Shown one piece after another: positions 9,110-16,696 of a stretch of DNA of 64,000 nt. Made by a program: the position numbers and the translations under genes. The stretch comes from Candidatus Levyibacteriota bacterium (GTDB taxonomy: Bacteria > Patescibacteriota > Microgenomatia > Levybacterales > UBA12049). Location of the stretch: contig CAWBPM010000004.1 in the NCBI GenBank assembly GCA_963790825.1, positions 158,987-222,986 of the forward strand. The letters run 5' to 3'. The notes below the pieces were generated by a model. It ran no database searches and was not told the DNA's origin. It was given only the letters and a program-made list of their open reading frames with translations. Positions within the stretch are counted from its first letter, which is position 1. Every line of letters starts with the position of its first letter.

Positions 9110-9649
9110 CTACCAATTGATTGCGTGACTATGGAAAATTCTGTCTAATATCGGATCATTGTCTACTACGCTAAGGCTGATAACCTCAATTCCATTTCGC
9201 TCAAAATCATCTTTTAACAGAAAATGCGTTATAACATTTCTTGTTAATCTATCCCAGCTTGTACATAAGATTCCTTGAGCCTCTTTCTTTTCAAGTCGAT
9301 GTAACATTTGCCAAAAGATTGGTCTTTTGTTACTAATACCCGAACCATATTCACTGATTACATCAACAATTTTAAAACCTGACTTTTCTTCTTCTACCAG
9401 ATCGTCTTCGTTAATAGGGTAAACTATAAGTTGTAAATCGTCTGGGTGAAGGGACGGTATGCCAAACTCTTTGCGGATCTCCTTTGCAAAGAAATCCATA
9501 ATTCCTGACTTAACATAAAGATCAAAATAGTCTTTAATAACTTTTTCTCTCCCTTGTTTGATAGGAGTTTTAGTAAGCGCTTGGTTCCATACGGATGCAA
9601 TTCTCCAAGATGAGTCATTCGGCTTAGAAGTATTCTTATCATTAAGCAT
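9110..9649 (-). CDS. resolvase-N-domain-like protein with substituted catalytic residues (likely inactive)
   Basis: Residues ~70-175 align with the serine-recombinase catalytic domain (YGSGISNKRPIFWQMLHRL ; GILCTSWDRLTRNV). The R-V-S motif position reads P-I-N. No HTH/recombinase domain. Confidence 0.5.
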   Translation of the reverse strand: MLNDKNTSKPNDSSWRIASVWNQALTKTPIKQGREKVIKDYFDLYVKSGIMDFFAKEIRKEFGIPSLHPDDLQLIVYPINEDDLVEEEKSGFKIVDVISEYGSGISNKRPIFWQMLHRLEKKEAQGILCTSWDRLTRNVITHFLLKDDFERNGIEVISLSVVDNDPILDRIFHSHAINW

Positions 9650-9791
9650 GTATATTTATTTTCATTCTCATTTTATTTTGTTAATTGTAACACCTATATA
9701 TACAAGATGGTCTATCATGCGTTTACATGAGGTATTTTTATAGCTACAAGTTAATAAAATTATGAAAATTAATAGACAACAGATAGTCTAT

Positions 9792-10019
9792 TTAAAAAGG
9801 GAATATATCAGAAGACTTTAAATCCAAGGCTTTTATAATTTTATAAAGCTTTTCAATGCTCGGATTCGCCAGTCCTTTCTCTATCTTGCCGTAATAGCTT
9901 CGATTTACTCCCGCTACTGCGGCTACGTCTACTTGCTCTAACTTTTTTTCTTTACGTGCCTTCTTTATATTTTCTCCAATTTCCTTTCTGATACCAATAG
10001 TGAAGTAATAACTAGTCAT
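9792..10019 (-). CDS. XRE-family helix-turn-helix transcriptional regulator
   Basis: IGIRKEIGENIKKARKEKKLEQVDVAAVAGVNRSYYGKIEKGLANPSIEKLYKIIKALDL is a classic Cro/C1-type HTH; start taken at the internal Met. Confidence 0.65.
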   Translation of the reverse strand: MTSYYFTIGIRKEIGENIKKARKEKKLEQVDVAAVAGVNRSYYGKIEKGLANPSIEKLYKIIKALDLKSSDIFPF

Positions 10020-10162
10020 ATAGCTATTTTCGATGAAAAAGAATTTGTTTGAGATGATATAGTGGGCAAATAACCTCAAGGCTAGCCTTGTTTTTTATAC
10101 CTAATTTAAAGTAAAATTACGATAGCTTATAGCACTATGAAAATACAAAGGAGGCGAACAAC

Positions 10163-10462
10163 ATGAAGCATAATACAAAAGACATAATTAAATTCGCAAT
10201 TATAGGAGGCATCACTGTCCCTTTAATCTTATATTTTGTAGGCTTTTTCTGGATGATAATTGGAGTACTATTTTGTATTTCGATAATTGGGATATTTTTG
10301 GGAATATTCTTTTTCTTAGTTGGCGGATGGTTTTTAATGATAACAACTAATTACTTGTTATTGTTTATTGTTTTAGGCGCAATCTCAGGGATAGTATTTA
10401 GGCCTATCTATCAAAACATGATAAACAAAATCCAACAAGCACGAACAAAGAAAAACAAATAG
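10163..10462 (+). CDS. small integral membrane protein, hypothetical
   Basis: Three predicted TM helices, Lys-rich C-terminus. Confidence 0.4.
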   Translation: MKHNTKDIIKFAIIGGITVPLILYFVGFFWMIIGVLFCISIIGIFLGIFFFLVGGWFLMITTNYLLLFIVLGAISGIVFRPIYQNMINKIQQARTKKNK

Positions 10463-10875
10463 CAGAAGTTAAAATGATTGTATTTGTTGCAATCGTTAAT
10501 ATAGTTTGATCCGAGTATAATGGTTATACTTCTTGACGTACATAGTCCTCCTGCTTCCTATTTTGCCCTTTTGGCGCATTTTATTTAGTAACAGGATGAA
10601 ATAGTAATCTTTGGCGTTTCAGTCTGGCGAAAGCTATGTTACGCAGTTTGGGTCTCCAGCAGTTATAAAACAAGTTACACAACTTGCACCAGCTACAAAT
10701 AACCTACATTTCTATTCACATGAGCTTGTGCTCGCAAAGATATGAGCCTACACAAAATGTAATTATTTTCACTAACATATATATATTTTTGAGTTCAAAA
10801 GGTAGTAGTGTAAGTTGTGCAAGCTATATAATATTGCTTATGGATAGACACACTCCTGCACAAAGAAGTTTTAAT

Positions 10876-11259
10876 ATGTCTCAGGTAAAGTCAAAGGATA
10901 CTAAACCTGAACTGTTAATGTTTGCATTACTTGAGGAATCTGGAATTAAGTTTGAAAAACATTATTCTGTTCCTGGCAAACCTGATATAGCGTTTCCCGA
11001 ATATAGAGTAGCGGTTTTTATTGATGGGGAATTTTGGCATGGTAAGGATTTTAAGCAAATTAAAGATACATTACAGCCCTTTTGGGTTAAAAAAATAGGT
11101 GATAACATAAAAAGAGACAGAAGAACAATGGATAAGCTGAGAGTTGAAGGGTGGCATATTTTGCATTTTTGGGATAAACAAGTTATTCGGAATCCTCGAA
11201 AATCGCTCAAACGTATTAGGCAATTTCTTGAGCGTGTACAAATTTCTGGTGGAAAGTAG
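10876..11259 (+). CDS. vsr: very-short-patch repair endonuclease Vsr
   Basis: SKDTKPE, VPGKPDIAFP, FIDGEFWHG, KIGDNIKRDRR, GWHILHFWD motifs. The six-frame ORF starts at 10684, but the Vsr domain begins at MSQVKSKDTKPE. Confidence 0.8.
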   Translation: MSQVKSKDTKPELLMFALLEESGIKFEKHYSVPGKPDIAFPEYRVAVFIDGEFWHGKDFKQIKDTLQPFWVKKIGDNIKRDRRTMDKLRVEGWHILHFWDKQVIRNPRKSLKRIRQFLERVQISGGK

Positions 11260-12346
11260 GAAGCAATTTTTCTGTTGTTTCCAGCTCACGCATTGAGTAC
11301 AAGAGTGCTTCAGCGGCTCTTTTAGCAAGTAACGGAGGTACAGCATTTCCGATCTGTTTGGCAATTTCTCCGAAGTTGCCTATGAACTTAAAAGAATCAG
11401 GAAATGTTTGGAGTCGGGCGGCTTCTCTTAAAGAAATTGCTCTGTCTTGTTCAGGATGCCCAAATCTTCCTTTTGAAATCATTCCGCAACCGCCTGTCAT
11501 TGTTGGTGAAGGATAATCCCATCTCATTCTTCCGTAAACATCTTTGTGTCCCTTAGTTGTTTTATGACACTCCAGGACTAATTCGTCTGGCCATGATGTT
11601 CTATCTCCGCCGTCGTGTGGTGTATAGATGATTCTTTTAAGATTGATTTCCGCCAGACTTGCTGAGACCTGCATTGGATCATTCTCATGTTTTTCGCCTG
11701 CCTTTATTGGAGGCAGGTCTTTAATTGCTTCTCGTACAGTAGCCCACGCGGGTAAGTTATCCGAAACTGAAGGGTCAGCATTAGTTTTCGGGGGGAATGA
11801 GAGTCTGATACTCGGATTGTTTGTACCCATAAGAACCAATCTTTTTCTTCTTTGGGGAACGCCATAATCAGCGGTATTTACTACATCGTAAATCGTTTGG
11901 TAACCGAGCTCACTAAGTCTCTGTAAAATCTGCACAAATAGAGGCTTTCCGATTCCTTTAGCAAGCCCTGGAACATTTTCTAATACAAAAGCGAGCGGCT
12001 TTATTTCCTCAACTATACGCAAAAATTCGTATATAAGTTTGTTTCGCGGATCAGTAAGTCGTTGAGAATTTCTTCTTGCAGTGGAAAACCCCTGACAAGG
12101 AGGACATGCAATAAGAACTACTTCTTTACCGTTTTTGAAACCTCCAGCTTTCAGAAGTTCTGTGCCTGATAGATAGGAAATGTCAGACGGAAATACTGTA
12201 CAACCTGGAAAGTTTACCTTGAATGATTCCGAGGCATTGCTATCAATATCAACGGCAACTTTAATGGAGTAGCCTGCCTGTTCGAATCCCAACGCTGAGC
12301 CTCCACAGCCTGAAAAAAGGTCAATTACGCCCATATTCCCTTTCAT
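11216..12346 (-). CDS. dcm: DNA (cytosine-5)-methyltransferase
   Basis: Motif I DLFSGCGG, motif IV PCQGFS, motif VI ENVPGL, C-terminal QIGNAVPP; 3' end convergent and overlapping with vsr. Confidence 0.85.
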   Translation of the reverse strand: MKGNMGVIDLFSGCGGSALGFEQAGYSIKVAVDIDSNASESFKVNFPGCTVFPSDISYLSGTELLKAGGFKNGKEVVLIACPPCQGFSTARRNSQRLTDPRNKLIYEFLRIVEEIKPLAFVLENVPGLAKGIGKPLFVQILQRLSELGYQTIYDVVNTADYGVPQRRKRLVLMGTNNPSIRLSFPPKTNADPSVSDNLPAWATVREAIKDLPPIKAGEKHENDPMQVSASLAEINLKRIIYTPHDGGDRTSWPDELVLECHKTTKGHKDVYGRMRWDYPSPTMTGGCGMISKGRFGHPEQDRAISLREAARLQTFPDSFKFIGNFGEIAKQIGNAVPPLLAKRAAEALLYSMRELETTEKLLPTFHQKFVHAQEIA

Positions 12347-12436
12347 AATTATATAATAACATTTTTTGAAAACACAAAATTACCGTTTTAAGAAAAGCTT
12401 GTATCTGCTTATTCCTTGTTTCATATTTTGTATTTG

Positions 12437-12465
12437 TTGACTATATCTTAAAAATGTAGTATGAT
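12437..12465 (+). promoter_or_regulatory. sigma-70-type promoter candidate for the 12496-18319 operon
   Basis: TTGACT - 17 nt - TATGAT located ~30 nt upstream of the first ORF. Confidence 0.4.
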
Positions 12466-12495
12466 ACTCACCATGCTACGGCATAGATACATATT

Positions 12496-12723
12496 ATGAA
12501 AACCAAAGAAACAAAAAGTGCGTCTTTCAAAAGGCTTGCAGGAAACAGAACAAATAATGCAATCAGGAATATAAGACTCCTCGGTAATCTATCCAATAAG
12601 CATAACTATGCCTATACTGAGGAAGACTTCAAGCATATCTTCAGTAGTGTTGAGGAGGAACTGAAACTCGCAAAATCAAAATTTTTTGTATCGTTAAGTA
12701 AGAAGAAAAAATTTAAGCTCTAA
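12496..12723 (+). CDS. small basic hypothetical protein (75 aa), first gene of operon
   Basis: Lys/Arg-rich ORF directly after the promoter candidate. Confidence 0.4.
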   Translation: MKTKETKSASFKRLAGNRTNNAIRNIRLLGNLSNKHNYAYTEEDFKHIFSSVEEELKLAKSKFFVSLSKKKKFKL

Positions 12724-12764
12724 AAAGAAGTTAAACGCCAATTAGAATTAAAATAAATATAAAA

Positions 12765-13412
12765 ATGAATAAAAATATTACATCACTCAAACTAACCCGT
12801 TCGCAGAAGATTCTTATTTCGCTTTACCAAAGAGCCAACGGTACGAATAAGCAAATCAGGTTTGAGGACATTGCTGTTGCCGCTTTCAGGAATTTTCCCG
12901 CTGATTTTCAATTGAAAGGTTACCCGCAATATCCCGATACTGGAGACATTATCCATAAACCTTTATATAGCGAACTGAAAAAAGGCGGCTATGTATTGTC
13001 TGGAAATAAGTATTTTTCTCTTACTCCGAAAGGAGTAACCTATGCTAAAAAGTTACTCAGGGTCTCAGAGAAAGAACCTGTATCTGGTAAAGCGTCTTCA
13101 TTTATAAAACTAACAGCCGACCAACAAAAAGAACTTGATAGATTGAGAACTTCCCCAGCGGTTGAAATGTTCCTCAAGGGTAAAGAAACCGAAATTCTCG
13201 ATATAGATTTCTATTCTTATCTTGGTGTAACCGTAAGAACTAATAAAAATACTTTTTTGGGAAGATTATCAACAGTTGAAGATGCAATAAATGCAACTCA
13301 AGGAAAAAGCGATGAATTGTATACCAAATTAAGAGAGTGCCATAAATTTCTGCTTGCTAAATTTAATGAAAACATTGAATTTGTAAAACAAAGTAAAGGA
13401 GGAAACAGGTGA
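12765..13412 (+). CDS. hypothetical protein (215 aa)
   Basis: ORF overlapping the next gene by 4 nt (ATGA), indicating coupling; no recognised motif. Confidence 0.5.
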   Translation: MNKNITSLKLTRSQKILISLYQRANGTNKQIRFEDIAVAAFRNFPADFQLKGYPQYPDTGDIIHKPLYSELKKGGYVLSGNKYFSLTPKGVTYAKKLLRVSEKEPVSGKASSFIKLTADQQKELDRLRTSPAVEMFLKGKETEILDIDFYSYLGVTVRTNKNTFLGRLSTVEDAINATQGKSDELYTKLRECHKFLLAKFNENIEFVKQSKGGNR

Positions 13413-15256
13413 GTAATACTCAGCTTACAATTAAAGAAGAACCAAATGTCTTCGACGACAACATTCTGGATATCTGGGGAAATGCTTTCAACTTCAGTCA
13501 TGAAAAGGGACTTGCCGAATGGCTTAAAAACTCTGTAGATGCCTATCGTCGAGCGGGAGCACCAGATAAAGACCAGCATATTGTATTCCGCTTTACTGAT
13601 GGGAAAGATTCTTCAAATCCTCCAACAATAGAGTGTATTGATTTTGTGGGAATGGAATATTTGGATATTGAAAAAGCTCTTAAAAGATGGGGAGATCCAA
13701 ATGCGGCAAAAAGAGGGCAAAAGATAAAAGTATTTGGAGGCCATGGTAATGGGGGTAAGTTCTATATGCGTCAGATGTTCCAGCAATCATATTATTTTAC
13801 CTACAAGCAGGGTAAGCTTAATGTTTTCGGGTTTAATAAAGATAGAAAATACGGCTTTTCTCCTGATTACAAAGATAAAAAAGTTTCCTTGGAGGAGGCG
13901 TTTAAAGTTGCGGGCATAGACCGATCCATCATCCCTAATGCAATAATACGTCAACTTGAACATGGCGAGACGGGGTTTACGGTGGTCAAGGGTATAAGAC
14001 CAAAGAATTTAGTCGGCAACAAGCTCCCCGTTTATAGAATTTGTGACAAACTCAAGTATCATCCTCAGGCAAGAAGCCCTCTAAAGTTCAGCAATGTATC
14101 TGTTATTCATAATGATAAAATCTTGGTTAACAGCTTAAGAGTTGAAGCGATAGAACCACTTGAAGGATTCGAGGGTCCTTTCCTTTTTGATATTCCAGAT
14201 TTTCTTGATGCTATAGAAGGGGACAAGAAGATCAGCATGTCAAATAAAAAATATGGGAAAGGTAGTCTTGTACTTAAAACTTCTTCACTTCCATTCGGTC
14301 GCGGTGGAAGAAAGGCGGAGTTAAATTGTATTGATATAGCAGGAGAAATCGGAATAATAGCCTCTTACAGCATGGAACAGGTTGGATTTTTACAATACTT
14401 TCCTCAAGCTCAATACATCTATGGGGAATGCAGTTGTCCTATATTAGAAGATCCCGAATATGATTCTGTTCAGAATGATAGAGAAAAACTTGTTGAGAAT
14501 GAGAGAACTCAAGCATTACTACAGTGGATTGCAAGAAGAATAGATGAAGTAGCTGGAAAAATAGCGGATAAAGAAGCAAAAAAAGAAGAAGAAAACAGCA
14601 TGAAAGCATCGGATGAATTCAATAAAATTCTCAATAAGTGGAAAAATCAATTCATGTCGAAGTTGTTTGCAGAACTCTTTGGTGGATCAGGTAAGGGCGA
14701 CTCCACAGGTGGACTTGGAGACGATGGTTCTGGGGGCGGGGAAAATAAGGAATCCAAAACCAAGGGCGGTTTAGGTTCAGGATCTGGAAAAGGAGGGGGA
14801 GATGGAGAGGAGAAAAAGAAAGGCTCTGCCTTCCCAATGGTTCTGTTATCCGAGAGAGACAGAGACCCTGACTATCCAGACATCCCAGTCACTTTTTCAG
14901 AAAGACATCCAGCGGTGCAACAGCGACCCCAGGACGTTAGCAGAGGTATTTATTGGATAAACATGTCAAAACCAATGGCTAAAAAAATAAGCGAGAAATA
15001 TGGAGAAGACTCAATAGAGATGAGAAATTATATTTTTGAAAGATATGTAGACATTTTTACAAAAGAAACTATATGGAGAGAAGCTAAGAAACAAGGCGGA
15101 ACTCTCACACCAGAGCAAATTGACGACAGAATTACATATGTTGCTTCGCTTGTGTATGATACGGCAATGGTTGATTTAGAAGAAGCCCTTCTTGACAGAA
15201 AATATACTTCAAAAAAAGGTGACGAAGTACATAGTGAAAATGAACCAAAACAATAA
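13409..15256 (+). CDS. GHKL-superfamily (histidine-kinase/MORC/HSP90-like) ATPase with Gly-rich linker and C-terminal extension
   Basis: N-box EWLKNSVDA, G1 IDFVGM, G2 VFGGHGNGGKFY; low-complexity GGSGKGDSTGGLGDDGSGGGENK...GSGSGKGGGDGEE linker. Confidence 0.65.
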   Translation: MSNTQLTIKEEPNVFDDNILDIWGNAFNFSHEKGLAEWLKNSVDAYRRAGAPDKDQHIVFRFTDGKDSSNPPTIECIDFVGMEYLDIEKALKRWGDPNAAKRGQKIKVFGGHGNGGKFYMRQMFQQSYYFTYKQGKLNVFGFNKDRKYGFSPDYKDKKVSLEEAFKVAGIDRSIIPNAIIRQLEHGETGFTVVKGIRPKNLVGNKLPVYRICDKLKYHPQARSPLKFSNVSVIHNDKILVNSLRVEAIEPLEGFEGPFLFDIPDFLDAIEGDKKISMSNKKYGKGSLVLKTSSLPFGRGGRKAELNCIDIAGEIGIIASYSMEQVGFLQYFPQAQYIYGECSCPILEDPEYDSVQNDREKLVENERTQALLQWIARRIDEVAGKIADKEAKKEEENSMKASDEFNKILNKWKNQFMSKLFAELFGGSGKGDSTGGLGDDGSGGGENKESKTKGGLGSGSGKGGGDGEEKKKGSAFPMVLLSERDRDPDYPDIPVTFSERHPAVQQRPQDVSRGIYWINMSKPMAKKISEKYGEDSIEMRNYIFERYVDIFTKETIWREAKKQGGTLTPEQIDDRITYVASLVYDTAMVDLEEALLDRKYTSKKGDEVHSENEPKQ

Positions 15257-16691
15257 TGACCAATCAATCCATTCTCATCAGTTGCAAATGAACACTACAG
15301 TTCAGGGCAATTCTGGATTTGCTAACTTTATATCTTCCGAAGATATACAGCTTCCTCAAACTTTAACTCGTGATGACTCAATTGAAGTGCTTGGATTACC
15401 AGTCAAACTTGAAAATGCTCTGAAACTTAATGGAAACATTGCAACAGTAGGAGAGTTTTGTGATACATCAAAAGATAAACTAGGGAAAATTTGGACAATC
15501 GGACCGAAGTCAATAAAGTATATGCTCCAAGTACAATTTTTGATAAATGAGAAATTTGGAATCCTGAACAACAAAACAATAGATAAAGTTGTGCATGAAG
15601 AACCACCTCAATTAGTAAAGATAACTGAAAACGAACTCCTTACCTCTTTACTTAACAGATCAGGTAACAAAAGAACAATAGAAATTGTTTCCAAACGGTA
15701 TGGCTTAATGAATGGCGAGAAGCAGACCCTTGAAGAAATCGGAGATAGTTACGGAGTAACAAGAGAAAGAATACGACAAGTCCAGAAAAAAGCATTAAAC
15801 AGAATGAAACATCCGATGAGCTCAATAAAGGAACAATTAGTAGAACTAATCGAGGAAGTTATTTTTAGAAACGGTGGCATACTTTCAGCTGAGGAAGCGG
15901 ATTTAGAAATTCCTAAAGCTCTCGGCGGAATAAATGATGATGGGAGTTCAATTCTTGATTTACTTTGTGACTTAGATTGGATTCAGAACTACAGAATAGG
16001 AGACATTGTAATATATGCTCCTAAATTTGGCGGTATTTCTCTCTCTAAATTATCAGAAAGAATTATTTCGCTTGTTAAATCTGAAAATCTAGGTCTTGAT
16101 GTAGAATCTATAATAAGAAGAAATGGTTTATTTATTAAGATTAAAGACGAGCGATTTGACCCTCACGTTTTTGTACTCAGATATTGTCGTATTGACCCAC
16201 GTATTGAAGAAATCAACTTAACATCCAATCGAACGGAAACTCTTTTCAGGTACTATACATCTTCGGGGCACTTCGCCAAAAAAGGTTGGGTCGTTCTTAT
16301 GTCCAGAATACTGGAAGAAGTACAGACGCCTTTACACTATACGGAGATTGCCAATAAAGTTAATGACTTAATGGGAAACTCGGAAAACCAACTGGATGCA
16401 AGAAGGGCTCATTCGATTCTTATCGAAGACGAGGCTTTTGCTCATAGTGGCATACATGGAACATACGGTCTTACATCATGGGGTTTGCGAAAAGAAACTA
16501 CCCCAGAACTGATCGAAGAATGTCTCCGTAAAGCGGGATTTCCACTTCATTGGAAACAAATATACAACTATGTCAGTAAATATAAAGATTCTAAGCCTGG
16601 TAGCATTACCAGTGTTCTTGAAACCAATAGAATGTTTAAGAAAGTTGACAGCGGAATATATTGGTTGACAGAGAATAAAAATTCACATTAA
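15240..16691 (+). CDS. multi-HTH DNA-binding protein: alpha-CTD-like HhH + sigma-70 region-4 HTH + two HARE-HTH-like domains
   Basis: IEVLGLPVKLENALKLNGNIATVGEF...IGPKSIKYM (RNAP alpha-CTD pattern). [35 protein letters not shown] (sigma-70 region 4, nearly the same motif as the rpoD end at 200-320). PLHYTEIANKV...GTYGLTSW and PLHWKQIYNYV...GIYWLTE (HARE-HTH pattern). Start at MNQNN overlaps the upstream gene by 17 nt. Confidence 0.6.
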   Translation: MNQNNNDQSIHSHQLQMNTTVQGNSGFANFISSEDIQLPQTLTRDDSIEVLGLPVKLENALKLNGNIATVGEFCDTSKDKLGKIWTIGPKSIKYMLQVQFLINEKFGILNNKTIDKVVHEEPPQLVKITENELLTSLLNRSGNKRTIEIVSKRYGLMNGEKQTLEEIGDSYGVTRERIRQVQKKALNRMKHPMSSIKEQLVELIEEVIFRNGGILSAEEADLEIPKALGGINDDGSSILDLLCDLDWIQNYRIGDIVIYAPKFGGISLSKLSERIISLVKSENLGLDVESIIRRNGLFIKIKDERFDPHVFVLRYCRIDPRIEEINLTSNRTETLFRYYTSSGHFAKKGWVVLMSRILEEVQTPLHYTEIANKVNDLMGNSENQLDARRAHSILIEDEAFAHSGIHGTYGLTSWGLRKETTPELIEECLRKAGFPLHWKQIYNYVSKYKDSKPGSITSVLETNRMFKKVDSGIYWLTENKNSH

Positions 16692-16696
16692 AGACA

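Noticed and set aside
10684-10875. N-terminal 64-aa extension of the Vsr ORF
   Set aside because: The extension is Cys/Ser/Ile-rich low complexity and unrelated to Vsr; the conserved Vsr domain starts at the internal Met (10876) with a plausible upstream AT-rich promoter
14690-14830. Gly-rich repetitive DNA (ggtggatcaggtaagggcgac...ggaaaaggaggggga) that resembles a tandem repeat
   Set aside because: It keeps the reading frame of the GHKL ATPase and encodes a GGSGKG... flexible linker; it is coding low-complexity sequence, not a repeat or CRISPR element
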